Below are positions 28,512 through 39,164 of a stretch of 64,000 nt of DNA, piece after piece. The notes under the pieces are model-generated. The model did not search any database and was not told where the DNA came from. It saw only the letters and a program-made list of their open reading frames with translations. How positions within the stretch are numbered: the stretch's first letter is position 1; every line of letters begins with the position of its first letter. The DNA comes from a bacterium (GTDB lineage: Bacteria > Patescibacteriota > Minisyncoccia > Phycocordibacterales > JBBTRF01). The position numbers and the translations under genes are program-made. Location: the NCBI GenBank assembly GCA_037130265.1, contig JBAXTI010000001.1:394377-458376 (forward strand), given 5' to 3'.

Positions 28512-28979
28512 CTACGCAATATCGACTATCTTGTAGGTCATCTTGCCTTTTGGAGACAAGAAAGAAAAGACTTCGCCCTTGCGCTTGCCAGCCATTGCCT
28601 CACCGATCGGAGAGTGGAGAGAGATCTTACCAAGACCAATGTTGGCCTCCTCAGAACCCACGACCTGAAACTTGTGCGCGCCCTTGGTGCCATCCTGCTG
28701 AACAGTCACCGTAGAGCCGATACCGACAACGTCAGTGTGGTGCAATTCCACAATTTCGGCATGAGCTATGATCGCCTCGAGACGGTTGATGCGATCTTCG
28801 ACAGCGGCCTGGTTGTCACGAGCCTCGTGATATTCAGCATTTTCAGACAAATCGCCGAGCGCTTTCGAGTACTCCAAATCTTCAGCGACCTCCTTTCGCT
28901 TCACCTTCTTCAAGTGGTCGAGCTCCTTCACGAGCTCCTCATACCGCTCTTTCGACAAATACTCTTTTTGGTCGGTCAT
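28512..28979 (-). CDS. greA: Transcription elongation factor GreA
   Basis: GDLSENAEYHEA; IS..SPIGEAM. Confidence 0.97.
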   Translation of the reverse strand: MTDQKEYLSKERYEELVKELDHLKKVKRKEVAEDLEYSKALGDLSENAEYHEARDNQAAVEDRINRLEAIIAHAEIVELHHTDVVGIGSTVTVQQDGTKGAHKFQVVGSEEANIGLGKISLHSPIGEAMAGKRKGEVFSFLSPKGKMTYKIVDIA

Positions 28980-29030
28980 ATGGTGAAAAAATAAATAGTG
29001 ACACAATCTTACGCTTTTATCACGCTGAAG

Positions 29031-30740
29031 TCAAAGGGTCATTTCTGGACGTTTTTCCACCAGCCATTTGAAAAATTGACTTGCTGCGGTAGTCGCACCG
29101 ACCGTGTTGGTAACTGGGCCTTTTTCCATGACAAAAACAAAGGCATAGCGAGGGCTTTTGTACGGGAAATAGCCAGAAAACCATGAATTAGTGAATTTTT
29201 TCTGCGCACCAATTTCAGCACTACCAGACTTCCCTGCCACCTCGATGCCCGGAATATTGAGGATCATCGATGTGCCCATGGTGACCGTCATACGCATACC
29301 CTCTTTCACCACACGGAAGGTCTCAGGTGAGACATCTAAGTGCTTGAAGGTGTTGTTGCCAGCAGTGCCGTCTTTCAGCAGTGTGACGTTCGGTACCACA
29401 CCATCATTGGCAATAGTGGCAACACCCACAAGCAGCTGAATCGGTGCCACCAGGGTACCGTATTGGCCGATAGCGGTGTGATAGGTGTCTCCAATGGTCC
29501 AAACCTCATCATCAAAATTCTCCCGCTTCCACTCAGGGTTCGGCACCACTCCATTCTTGCTGGTGAGCGAGCCAGCCTGCACAGATTCGCCAAATCCAAA
29601 AAGACGCATGTATTTTTCGATATTGGTGATACCAAGACCCTTTTGCTCCTTGTACCCACCACCCACTTCATAAAAATACACATCGGAGGAAACCGCAATG
29701 GCCGTACGCATGTCGGTCCAGCCATGGGCACGCCAGTCTCGGAAGACCGTTTGCTGAGTAGAGTCGTAAATGTTTTGGAGTGAAATCGAACCAGTACTCA
29801 AGATCTGCTTCGAAGGTTCGATGATTTTCTCCTGAAGTGCTGCGATAGCGAGGAACGGCTTCACCGTTGAGCCAGGAGCATACAGACCATCGACGAAACG
29901 GTCGAGGAAAGGATTATCAGGGTCCTTGAACAACGCATTGATCTGCTTTGAATCCTTGCCTTCAGTGAGCACGTTGCTGCTGAACGAAGGATAGTTGGTG
30001 ACAGCGATGATTTCACCAGTCTTCACGTCGAGTAGGCCTGCCGCACCTCCCTTGTAATTCGCTGTCTCCACCAAAGACTTCACCGCTTCATACATATGCT
30101 TCTGGATATCCGCATCGATCGAAAGCGCGAGAGGTAGGCCCGCTTGCGGCGGTCTGATAGTGTTTTCCGATTGTACCTTGCCCATCGCATTCGTCTCACT
30201 CAACTTCACACCATTCTCACCCGACAAAAGATCGTCATAGTATGCCTCGACACCACCCTTGGCGTCATACCGTTTTGAATAATAGTAACCGCTCGTGTCT
30301 TTGGACGGATACTTCACGTAGCCAAGCAAATGAGAAAAGGCTTGGGAATCGACATACTGACGCAAGGCAAAGTCCGTATTGTTGGGATTAGAAACATTCC
30401 ATGCGAGGGCCGTGCCGTTTCGATCGGTGATGGCACCGCGCTCAGCAAATACAGTGGTCTTGCGAAGACGATTGTTTTCACTCTTCGCCAAATAAGTGGC
30501 GCCCTGCGAGACTTGCAACTGGTATGCCCGAGCCGTATATGCCACACCGATGAGAGCAAAAAAGATCGCTAGAAAAAAAAGTGTACCGGTCGGGATCGGG
30601 CGCTCGATTCGACCTTCGAATTGCTGAGTATCAAGCTCCGAAAGATTTTTTGAGTCTAAGAAAATCTCATCAGGAAACACTTCCCGACCCTGAGAGATGC
30701 GCCTTGAGATACGACGCTGTTTTGAAAGCAGCCTAAACAT
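29031..30740 (-). CDS. mrdA: Penicillin-binding protein 2
   Basis: RGAITDRNG, YAPGSTVK, SSD, KSG; downstream of mreBC. Confidence 0.88.
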   Translation of the reverse strand: MFRLLSKQRRISRRISQGREVFPDEIFLDSKNLSELDTQQFEGRIERPIPTGTLFFLAIFFALIGVAYTARAYQLQVSQGATYLAKSENNRLRKTTVFAERGAITDRNGTALAWNVSNPNNTDFALRQYVDSQAFSHLLGYVKYPSKDTSGYYYSKRYDAKGGVEAYYDDLLSGENGVKLSETNAMGKVQSENTIRPPQAGLPLALSIDADIQKHMYEAVKSLVETANYKGGAAGLLDVKTGEIIAVTNYPSFSSNVLTEGKDSKQINALFKDPDNPFLDRFVDGLYAPGSTVKPFLAIAALQEKIIEPSKQILSTGSISLQNIYDSTQQTVFRDWRAHGWTDMRTAIAVSSDVYFYEVGGGYKEQKGLGITNIEKYMRLFGFGESVQAGSLTSKNGVVPNPEWKRENFDDEVWTIGDTYHTAIGQYGTLVAPIQLLVGVATIANDGVVPNVTLLKDGTAGNNTFKHLDVSPETFRVVKEGMRMTVTMGTSMILNIPGIEVAGKSGSAEIGAQKKFTNSWFSGYFPYKSPRYAFVFVMEKGPVTNTVGATTAASQFFKWLVEKRPEMTL

Positions 30741-30755
30741 TTCACTATTGTACCA

Positions 30756-31031
30756 TTAGCGGAGTTGGCGCTTGGCCAATGACAAAATAAAATACAGGAC
30801 GAGTGCGAGGAAAAAATATTGGTAGGAAAAGAAAGAGAACGCTTGATGCGGTGCATAGAGAGTGTCGATCATCAATCCAACACAGACCAACTCGATGAAT
30901 TCTTCAAAATAGAAAAAGGCCGAAACCGAAAGGATCAACGACACCCACCATGGAAACCAGCAGACCGCAGCGACCAGGCAGGCATCGGTAGCAATACGCC
31001 GCCAGAGTTCGTTATTGCGGTCTTTGGACAT
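30756..31031 (-). CDS. Small membrane protein at the mreD position
   Basis: 91-aa hydrophobic ORF (GLMIDTLY) between mreC and PBP2. Confidence 0.6.
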   Translation of the reverse strand: MSKDRNNELWRRIATDACLVAAVCWFPWWVSLILSVSAFFYFEEFIELVCVGLMIDTLYAPHQAFSFFSYQYFFLALVLYFILSLAKRQLR

Positions 31032-31824
31032 ACAAGAAGTGTGTTTGGGAAGCGTTGTGCGGACTGCGAACGCGCGCGATCTCGAGCGACTTGGCGACAT
31101 CTGTCTCGATGGTACCAACAGAGCCGAGTACGAGAGTCGGGCTGCCAGGGACCATGATCAGGTCGCCTTCCTTGATCCCGCTGTCGTGCGGCAATTTCAC
31201 GATGAAATTGCCGCCCCCTTGACCGGTCGCCTTAGTAAAAAAGCGCCTCTCACCAGCTTGCACCGCGATCTCTTCATTTGGATGCGAATACAGCTGAACT
31301 AAAGCAGTCGAAGCATACACCTCAGCAACATAGCCAGCCGCTGTTGTGGAAGAAAAGTACACTTGGGCATTCTGCTTCACGCCGAGGTTGGTACCTGCAT
31401 CAATGATCAATGTATCGTACGCCGATACGCCTGGCGCACTGAGAGTGGCGACAAGCAGCGCACTGCGATGATTGGTGCGACCAAATGCCGCCTTTAGCTC
31501 GTCGTTCTCCGCCTGGAGCGCTTGATTCAAAAGAATGGCTGCAGCCTGCTCTTGGACCTTTTGGTTGAGCTGTGCATTTTCATTGAGAAGATCGGTCTTC
31601 GATCGGATATTGGTGAGAGCAGAATCGGCCGTGCCCGTCACATATTCCTGAACAAACCAAAAAGGCCGAGCGATGAGAGTAAACAAATCCTTAAATGGTG
31701 TCGCTGAAAAGGTCGCGGACATAGCCACGACAATAAGAAAAGCCGCAACAATACCGAATAGGCGTTTCGGTCCAGGACGAAACCGGCGACCGCTCCCGAG
31801 ATTAGTTTTGCGGAGGAAGCTCAT
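31012..31824 (-). CDS. mreC: Rod shape-determining protein MreC
   Basis: TM, coiled coil (LQAENDELK), IIDAGT..GV. Confidence 0.9.
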   Translation of the reverse strand: MSFLRKTNLGSGRRFRPGPKRLFGIVAAFLIVVAMSATFSATPFKDLFTLIARPFWFVQEYVTGTADSALTNIRSKTDLLNENAQLNQKVQEQAAAILLNQALQAENDELKAAFGRTNHRSALLVATLSAPGVSAYDTLIIDAGTNLGVKQNAQVYFSSTTAAGYVAEVYASTALVQLYSHPNEEIAVQAGERRFFTKATGQGGGNFIVKLPHDSGIKEGDLIMVPGSPTLVLGSVGTIETDVAKSLEIARVRSPHNASQTHFLYVQRPQ

Positions 31825-32863
31825 CTTCGTTTTGGATTAAGACGCCTTCGTATAGAGGGAGATTTTCAAGAATAATGCCTGTACCGCGAGCGACGGCAGT
31901 GAGTGGATCTTCTGCAATGTGCACCGGGATGTTGATGTGCTGCTGAATGAGCTCGCCAATACCACGGAGGAGTGCACCTCCTCCCACCACATGTACACCA
32001 CGATGCATCACGTCGGACACGATCTCAGGTGGCGTCGTCTCAAGCACCTCTTTCACAGACTCCACAAGATTGTCGATAGACTGGGAGATCGCTTCGCGCA
32101 CATCACCATCGGTGATCACCACTTCCCGAGGCAGGCCGGTCACGAGATCGCGCCCCTTCACCGAAGATTCGAGCGGCGCGTCGCCAGGGATCACAGAGCC
32201 AATCTGAATTTTGATCTGTTCTGCAGTCTTTTCGCCAATGAGGATTTTAAATTCACCGCGGATATAGCTAATGATGTCGTTGTTGAGCTTGTCGCCAGCG
32301 ATCTTGAGAGTCTTCGCACGCACAATACCGCCGAGCGAAATCACCGCGATATCGGTAGTGCCACCGCCGATGTCGATAATCATACTTCCCACAGGGTCAT
32401 TCACCGGCAAACGAATACCGATCGCTGCGGCCATCGGCTCCTCAACGATATACACCTCGCGCGCACCGCTGTTTTTGGTCGCATCACGCACGGCTCGAGT
32501 CTCCACGTTGGTGATGCCATATGGAACACCCACCACCACGCGTGGACCGAGCAGTTTCTTTGCGGACTGTTGAGCCTTGTTAAGAAGGTACGAAATCATT
32601 TCCTCCGTCACTTCGAAATCCGACACCACACCATCCACCAGCGGCTTCACCGCCTTGATATGCGGAGGCGTGCGGCCGAGCATCTGCTTGGCCTGCGTAC
32701 CCACTGCTACGACTTGACCAGTCTTTTCATTCACCGCCACCACCGACGGCTCGTTGATGATGATCCCCTGCCCGCTCATGTACACGAGCGTGTTGGCAGT
32801 ACCGAGATCGATGCCGATATCGTGAGAGAGGAAATGATTCAGTTTTTTAACAAGTCTTTTCAT
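31802..32863 (-). CDS. mreB: Actin-like protein MreB (copy 1)
   Basis: IGIDLGTANT, EPSVVA, EEPMAAAIG, DIGGGTTD, GGGALL. Confidence 0.97.
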   Translation of the reverse strand: MKRLVKKLNHFLSHDIGIDLGTANTLVYMSGQGIIINEPSVVAVNEKTGQVVAVGTQAKQMLGRTPPHIKAVKPLVDGVVSDFEVTEEMISYLLNKAQQSAKKLLGPRVVVGVPYGITNVETRAVRDATKNSGAREVYIVEEPMAAAIGIRLPVNDPVGSMIIDIGGGTTDIAVISLGGIVRAKTLKIAGDKLNNDIISYIRGEFKILIGEKTAEQIKIQIGSVIPGDAPLESSVKGRDLVTGLPREVVITDGDVREAISQSIDNLVESVKEVLETTPPEIVSDVMHRGVHVVGGGALLRGIGELIQQHINIPVHIAEDPLTAVARGTGIILENLPLYEGVLIQNEDELPPQN

Positions 32864-34139
32864 TCTGTGTGTTTCGCGACAGTCGGGCCAGAAGCTCGGC
32901 CTGCGTAATCTTCTCTACCGGACGCTCACCAACTGCATTCGCACGACGAGGCTTGTATTCCACCACACCCTCCGCCAAAGTCTTTTCACTAAGCACCACT
33001 CGGTGTGGCAAACCCAACAGATCGGAATCAGCAAATTTCTCTCCCGGTCGAGCATCGCGGTCGTCATACAAAACGTCGATGCCTTTTTCGGTGAGCGCAT
33101 TGTACAGCTTTGTCGCCTCCTCCGCTACTTTTCCCGCTTTGTCGGCAATTGCGATCAAATGCACACGGAACGGCGCGACAGCATCCGGCCACACGATACC
33201 ATCAGCATCCGAGAGAACCTCCACCACTGCTCCCATGAGTCGCCCGAGACCAATACCATAGCAGCCCATGATGACGTTCTGCTTTACACCCTTCTCGTCG
33301 ACAAACTTCAACTCAAGTGGCTCAGAAAACTTCGTACCGAGACTGAAAATGTTTCCTACCTCTACAGCCTTCTCTTCCACGAGATTCTCACGCTTGATTC
33401 CGAGCTCATTGAGTACCTCATCAACAAACACTTCTTTGTTCACCGCAATCCCCTTCTTTTTGTCCAGATAAATAACATCCTCGCCGGCACTCGTGAGGGT
33501 CTGAAACTCGTGAGAATATTTTGAAAACGAACCACCTGATGCAAAAGTAATGAAGGTTCGATCACCGAGTCCCGTCCGCTCATAGATTCGCTTGTATGCG
33601 AGCTTGGCTTTTTCATAGAAAGCATCGTGCTCCTTGATATCACGAGAGAAAGAGTAGAGATCTTTCATGAGGAACTCGCGGCCGCGCATAATACCGCTCT
33701 TCGCGCGCGCTTCGTTGCGAAACTTGGTCTGAATCTGGTATGCGGAAAATGGCAGGTCGCGGAATGACTGCACATAATTTTTCAAAATCGACACGAGCGC
33801 TTCTTCGTGCGTACTCGCGAGTCCAACCTCGCTACCGTTCTTCAATTCGGTCTTAAACCAATTATCAATCACTGTATCGCTCCATCGGCCCGTCTTTTCC
33901 CAGCTCGCTTTGTCTTGCAACGAGGTCATAAACACCTCCTGTCCGCCGATAGCGTTTATTTCCTCGCGAATGATGTTGCCAATCTTGTTGAGCACACGGA
34001 GACCGAGTGGCAAATACGAATACACCCCCGCCATCTCTTTGTGGATGTAGCCGGCGCGGATGAGCAGCTGCGCATTTCGAGAAACCTCGTCTTTTGGGGC
34101 TTCTTTGCGTGTTTTTGAGAAGAGTTGTGATTGCTTCAT
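32847..34139 (-). CDS. proS: Proline--tRNA ligase (short form)
   Basis: LLIRAGYI, THEE, QTKFRNEAR..GIMRGREF.MKD, EVGNIF.LG, MGCYGIG, RPGEKFADSDL.G. Confidence 0.96.
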   Translation of the reverse strand: MKQSQLFSKTRKEAPKDEVSRNAQLLIRAGYIHKEMAGVYSYLPLGLRVLNKIGNIIREEINAIGGQEVFMTSLQDKASWEKTGRWSDTVIDNWFKTELKNGSEVGLASTHEEALVSILKNYVQSFRDLPFSAYQIQTKFRNEARAKSGIMRGREFLMKDLYSFSRDIKEHDAFYEKAKLAYKRIYERTGLGDRTFITFASGGSFSKYSHEFQTLTSAGEDVIYLDKKKGIAVNKEVFVDEVLNELGIKRENLVEEKAVEVGNIFSLGTKFSEPLELKFVDEKGVKQNVIMGCYGIGLGRLMGAVVEVLSDADGIVWPDAVAPFRVHLIAIADKAGKVAEEATKLYNALTEKGIDVLYDDRDARPGEKFADSDLLGLPHRVVLSEKTLAEGVVEYKPRRANAVGERPVEKITQAELLARLSRNTQNEKTC

Positions 34140-34319
34140 AGGCTGAATAATACAGCAAATAGGCCCTGTCTGCGAGCTTGACTTTATATTCAAAATATGC
34201 TAATATGCAAATCAAACGTCAGTAAGGGGGCACGTGTGTGCCGCACCCGTTGACATCGGTCAAATACGCAGAAAACAACCCGCGGGGCTAGAAACCCCGC
34301 ACGCAGAAAGAACACGCAT

Positions 34320-35777
34320 ATGATCAACGTCCTCTTTGTCTTGGCCACCATTGGTGTGGTCGTCTTCCTCTACAAGTTCGCGAAAGCAATACTGGCGCCG
34401 GGAACGCATTCGAAAACGCTCATCTGGAGCGGATTCGGAATCGCTGTTGCCGCCATCATCGTTGGACACCTGCACTATTGGACCTCCGAGGTCCGGAATG
34501 GTCAGATGAGCAAGGACCTCGCCAATACCGCATCGGTGCTGGACCACCTCGCCAACGAGAACAAGGCCCTCAAGCCGCTCGTGACAAACGCTGCCGCCCT
34601 ACTCAAATTGGACAGCCGCGTCGAACTTGCTGACGCCAAGGCCGAAAAAGCCATGACTCAGATCGCCGAATTCAGTGAAGCTACGGTGACTGCGCTGAAT
34701 AAGATGTCAACAAACATCAATCAACGCATTGACGAGCGCCTCGCGGCATTACGACTCCAACAAGAGCGGTCTTTGGCAGTGTCACGGCCACCCCATGCCG
34801 ACAGTCGTGTCATCCCGAACTTGACGCTGCCGCCCATCAACGATCCAGTGACGGCTCCGCCCACAACGCCGCCGCCGACACCCTACGTGGCTGCCGGTGT
34901 GACGGTTCCACCGGGATATGTCATTCAGCGCGACAGTTCGTCTGAGCTCGCAAAAATGGAGCGTGCCATTGTGCAGTTCCAGGCAAACCAAAAGAATACC
35001 CAACGTGCGCAGCAGACCGCAAAAGTCAGTCAGAAGAGTGCCGCACAGACCGCGGCTCGTGCCGGAGATTTGGCGGTCGTCGCCAGCAAAGGCATCGAGC
35101 GTTTGAGTGCGCGTCAGGACAAGACTGATGTGGCTCTCGAAGAGATCAAGAAGTCCCTTGAGCGCCTCCACAAGGTTCTCGGGGACCCAAAGACCTCGCT
35201 CAACAGCCCAACTCCTGCAGAAACAGCCGAGGATGCACTCCCTCCGCACCCGGATTTCGTCGCCTTGCAGGCCTCTGGCCCACAAGCGACGAATCCCTCG
35301 GCGGCCAGCACTGCTCAGCCGCCAGTCACGGCACTTGAGACGGGAGACGTCTCGTTCGCCATCACCAACGCCGTTCCGGTGCGGGCATGGAAAAAAGTAG
35401 TCGGCTTCATGCCCTACTGGAGCGAGACAGTGACGATGACCTACGAGGTCGCCGCAACGGTCAAGGCCACCAACAATGTGGTGATGGCCCGGAACGTGCT
35501 CGCCGCGATCGTGAGCGAGTTCCACAAGTCACACGGTGGGAGCTTCGCCGCGAAAGACCCCAACGACAGTAAGGTGCACGACGAACTCGTGCTGGCCTTC
35601 GGGGAAGCCAAGAAGAAGGTTCTTCGCGGCAACCCTGGATGGGAGCACATGCTCATCCATCCGCGGTATCGGGTCAGCAACGGTGTCGCCATGAAGACCT
35701 CCGCCGAGACATCGAGCGCCAACCCTAGCACCGAGCACACGGTCTTCCTGCCACGGCAACCATTGCCGCGGCCCTAA
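34320..35777 (+). CDS. Membrane-anchored coiled-coil hypothetical protein, GC-rich solo cassette
   Basis: Two N-terminal TMs, coiled coils, Pro-rich linkers; promoter TTGACT-17-TAATAT (34178-206); terminator about 35803-35838. Confidence 0.75.
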   Translation: MINVLFVLATIGVVVFLYKFAKAILAPGTHSKTLIWSGFGIAVAAIIVGHLHYWTSEVRNGQMSKDLANTASVLDHLANENKALKPLVTNAAALLKLDSRVELADAKAEKAMTQIAEFSEATVTALNKMSTNINQRIDERLAALRLQQERSLAVSRPPHADSRVIPNLTLPPINDPVTAPPTTPPPTPYVAAGVTVPPGYVIQRDSSSELAKMERAIVQFQANQKNTQRAQQTAKVSQKSAAQTAARAGDLAVVASKGIERLSARQDKTDVALEEIKKSLERLHKVLGDPKTSLNSPTPAETAEDALPPHPDFVALQASGPQATNPSAASTAQPPVTALETGDVSFAITNAVPVRAWKKVVGFMPYWSETVTMTYEVAATVKATNNVVMARNVLAAIVSEFHKSHGGSFAAKDPNDSKVHDELVLAFGEAKKKVLRGNPGWEHMLIHPRYRVSNGVAMKTSAETSSANPSTEHTVFLPRQPLPRP

Positions 35778-35872
35778 GCCCGGCACACGCAGAAACACAA
35801 CTCCCTTGGACGCTCACGCGACCAGGGGTTTTCTTTTTGCCTGTTATGCGGGTTTTCTCACCGCACTAGTCA

Positions 35873-37060
35873 CTATTTCATCACCAACTTCACAATATCG
35901 TGATACGCGATCACAATCATGAGCAATATCAAAAGAAGGAAGCCGAGACCATTGAGCCAATTGGCGATGATTGGCTTGATCGGTCGGCGGATGACCGCTT
36001 CAATACACACAAACAAAATACGTCCACCGTCGAGTGCTGGGAACGGCACAAGGTTGAGCAATGCGAGATTGATAGAAATAAATGCAGTGAAAGACAGAAG
36101 GTACGCGACGCCGAGCTCTCGCGCTTCGCCGACCTGACTAGCGATGCCCACTGGACCGCTAACCTGATTGATATCCGCCTTGCCAGTGAAGACTTGTCCG
36201 AGGAAGTGCGTGATCTGCTCGGCAGTCATTACGACAATATTTTTTGTGAAAAATACCCCCTCCCACAAGGCGCGATGCCAAGGCAATTTCAATGTACCGA
36301 CCTCATCCATCACGATACCAATAGTGGCGCGAGTCATCACTTCCGATGACTTGTTAATCCGCGGCGTAACTTCGAGCAATGCATTCCCAGTTGCCGTTTG
36401 CGTTTGTCCAACACGCTTCACGAGCACAGAAATTGGTTCGTCTGGATGGAAACCAATGAGGCGGCGGACACTTTCCGGTGTCACCCCACTGCCACGGAGT
36501 ACTTCTTTTGGGGTATGACCATCGAGTCCAACAGTATCGCCGGGCACTTCAGGTGCTACCTCCAAATATACGAGAATATCACCGGGAAGTAAGCCGGCCG
36601 CGGCGGCCGGCGATCCTGGCACCACCTCGCGCACCACTGTTTTCGCATCCTGCACCGCATCCGCATAGCTGTCTGCCACCGACACCGGCAAACCAACCAT
36701 GAAACCGGCCGAGATGAGCAACCACGCAAACAAAATGTTCATCACTATCCCAGAAACAAGTACGAGCACCTGCGCGTATTTCGGCTTGTTGACCAAGCTA
36801 CGTTTTTTCTCCGGACCTTTCAGTGAAGCTTCGTCAGGATTTTCACCAAAGATCTTCACGTAACCACCGAGCGGCAACAGATTGAGTGCGTAGGTTGTCT
36901 CTGATCCTTTTGGCTTCCACGAGAAAAGACGTGGTGGAAACCCAAGCGCAAATTCATCGACACGCACCCCAAACGCTTTCGCCATGAGAAAGTGTCCCAG
37001 CTCGTGCACAAACACGAGCGCCCCGAGGATGAGAATGAAAATGAGGATGGTCATGAACAC
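35873..37060 (-). CDS. rseP: RseP-like M50 intramembrane zinc protease
   Basis: HELGH, LPLGGYVKI, PDZ, NLVPFPALDGG. Confidence 0.93.
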   Translation of the reverse strand: MFMTILIFILILGALVFVHELGHFLMAKAFGVRVDEFALGFPPRLFSWKPKGSETTYALNLLPLGGYVKIFGENPDEASLKGPEKKRSLVNKPKYAQVLVLVSGIVMNILFAWLLISAGFMVGLPVSVADSYADAVQDAKTVVREVVPGSPAAAAGLLPGDILVYLEVAPEVPGDTVGLDGHTPKEVLRGSGVTPESVRRLIGFHPDEPISVLVKRVGQTQTATGNALLEVTPRINKSSEVMTRATIGIVMDEVGTLKLPWHRALWEGVFFTKNIVVMTAEQITHFLGQVFTGKADINQVSGPVGIASQVGEARELGVAYLLSFTAFISINLALLNLVPFPALDGGRILFVCIEAVIRRPIKPIIANWLNGLGFLLLILLMIVIAYHDIVKLVMK

Positions 37061-37066
37061 AAAAAA

Positions 37067-37618
37067 CTAACTCTGAATCTCCAGCTCTTTCTTCGCACGG
37101 ATGTCGTCAAACTTCTTGTTCGCTTCGTCCACCAACTTCTGCACCTCCTTCAGCATGCGCTTTGCCTCATCTTCCTGCATGGTACCGGTCTTTTCCTGAG
37201 TCTCGAGATCCTTCACCACAGGCTCGCGCTCCTTTCGCAAAGAAATACGCGCCTCTTCGAGCTTCTCTTTGGCCAATTTGATAAGCGCAGTACGACGCTC
37301 CTCAGTGAGAGATGGGAATGACGCACGCACCCCTTTTTCATCAGTACGGATCGACAAGCCAAGCCCAGATGCAACCAGCGCCTTTTCAATTTCCTTGATC
37401 AGCGATGCGTCCCACGGCGCGATGCGTAGCGACTTCGAATCCTCGATCGCAATACTCGCCACCTGTGAGACCGGCATCATTGAGCCATATGATTCCACCA
37501 TCACATTGTCGAGCACAGCAGGGCTAGCTTGGCCAGTACGAATAGACGTGTATTCTTTGCGAAGCCAGTCTTCGGTGTGTTTGATCTTGTCTTTAAACGG
37601 TGCAAAATTGTATGCCAT
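37067..37618 (-). CDS. frr: Ribosome recycling factor
   Basis: SIRTGQASP, PWD, LTEERR, ARISLRKER. Confidence 0.96.
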   Translation of the reverse strand: MAYNFAPFKDKIKHTEDWLRKEYTSIRTGQASPAVLDNVMVESYGSMMPVSQVASIAIEDSKSLRIAPWDASLIKEIEKALVASGLGLSIRTDEKGVRASFPSLTEERRTALIKLAKEKLEEARISLRKEREPVVKDLETQEKTGTMQEDEAKRMLKEVQKLVDEANKKFDDIRAKKELEIQS

Positions 37619-37766
37619 AGTGGAACAATCATAGCAAAAATCGGAATATTCGAAAAGGTCGTGCCGGCCATGTGAAAAAACGTGCAAAAAGAAAACCCCT
37701 GTGGCACGCGTGGTGCACAACAGGGGTTGAACGAGAATTCCTTCTCGCGGAGGGGCGACGAATCGC

Positions 37767-38219
37767 CTATTTCGGTGGAGGATTGCTCTGCGCGGCACTC
37801 AACGGAGTGAGTTCGAAGCGGATACTGTGTGAGTCCAACTGCTTGAACCCGCCAGTGAAGCCCTCATATACGAACGAGCCCATCTTCAGCACTCCGAAGA
37901 TATTGTCGACAAAGGCGATTCTGGTCGCCCGCCAATTCATCTTGGAGGTGACCTTCACCTGCATATCGCGATAGCCCGCCTTGCGCACCGAGATATCATA
38001 CGGGCCACCACTCTTATCGAGCTTGATGACCGCGTAGGACTTGGTGCTTAGGAGCACGTTGTTCAGGTAGATCCGCGATTGCGGCTGGTCCACCGAGATC
38101 GTGACCTCCTCACCCTTACCGACCGTCATCGTCTGGCAGGCGGTGAAGGTGACGAGTGCGACTGCCGCAAAGGCAATAAAGGCCGCGGCACGGAGGAGGC
38201 CAACGAGTTTCAGTTTCAT
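37767..38219 (-). CDS. PEGA-like lipoprotein, solo cassette
   Basis: Lipobox FTA|CQT; VTISVDQPQSRIYLN...VRKAGYRD; promoter TTGACA-17-GAGAAT (38367-38339); terminator near 37688-37729. Confidence 0.7.
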   Translation of the reverse strand: MKLKLVGLLRAAAFIAFAAVALVTFTACQTMTVGKGEEVTISVDQPQSRIYLNNVLLSTKSYAVIKLDKSGGPYDISVRKAGYRDMQVKVTSKMNWRATRIAFVDNIFGVLKMGSFVYEGFTGGFKQLDSHSIRFELTPLSAAQSNPPPK

Positions 38220-38416
38220 AATTGCAAAGGGCCAACAAACAACCGCCACAGAGAGCCGACCGAACAACGGTCGAAAAGGTGAAAACCCTCTGTTTTAGGC
38301 TGAGCTATCAAGGTTTCAAGGCTTGAAGAACTTCCTGTATTCTCGCATAAATAAGGCTATTTGTCAATAGCTACACGCGCCACCGCCGCCGCTGGGACCG
38401 CATGCCAAGATATGGC

Positions 38417-39124
38417 TTATTTCAAGGTTATACAAAGATATTCCAAGATCATTTTAATGCTTGCCGAACGATCGCTTAGATAGCTCCGCATCGCAAGCAA
38501 TTCCTCAAGCTCCGGACGATGCTCTGCGACGTCTTTAGCGCTTTTTGACAACTTCTTGATCAAGGCATCGACAAAAGCAAGAGCGCCTCTCTTGTCCTTT
38601 TCTTCGACAAGCGGCTTAATGAGCGTCATCCGCTTCCCTTTCGAGGCCGCGAGAAACTGTTCGACCGATTGCTCTACACTTTTTTCGACTTCCCCGTTTC
38701 CTGTGGCGGCATTGTTTTGCGGATCAGCAGGAACAATGACAAGACGCGATCGCAGCGTCGGCAACAACGTCTCAACAGACGGCATCAGCAGAAAAAAATG
38801 TGTGTCGGCGGTCGGATCTTCAAATACCTTGAGCAATGCATTCTGCGCTTCGTGTGTGATCGTATCCGTAGAAATGACAAACACCTTCTTTGCACCAACA
38901 TTAGCCGCGGAACGCTGCTGCATCTCTTTTATCGTGCGCGCTTCATCGATACCAAGCGATTCATATTGACCATGCCAAAAATCTGGATTGCCATGCGTCG
39001 ATATTGCGAGATGCTTTTCAAGGAAGGTGAAAAAAGGGGCGTGCCCAGAAGCACTCACTCCAGAAATACAATAGGCATGATGGAGTGCGTCGCGGTGGAT
39101 GTGTTTCGAAAGATCCTGTTTCAT
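38417..39124 (-). CDS. holB: DNA polymerase III delta-prime-like subunit
   Basis: LHHAY, NPDF, IDEAR, EAQNALLKVFEDP, LLPTLRSR. Confidence 0.85.
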   Translation of the reverse strand: MKQDLSKHIHRDALHHAYCISGVSASGHAPFFTFLEKHLAISTHGNPDFWHGQYESLGIDEARTIKEMQQRSAANVGAKKVFVISTDTITHEAQNALLKVFEDPTADTHFFLLMPSVETLLPTLRSRLVIVPADPQNNAATGNGEVEKSVEQSVEQFLAASKGKRMTLIKPLVEEKDKRGALAFVDALIKKLSKSAKDVAEHRPELEELLAMRSYLSDRSASIKMILEYLCITLK

Positions 39125-39164
39125 TTATATAAAAAATCATGACGACCCTTTCGGACGCTCTGCG

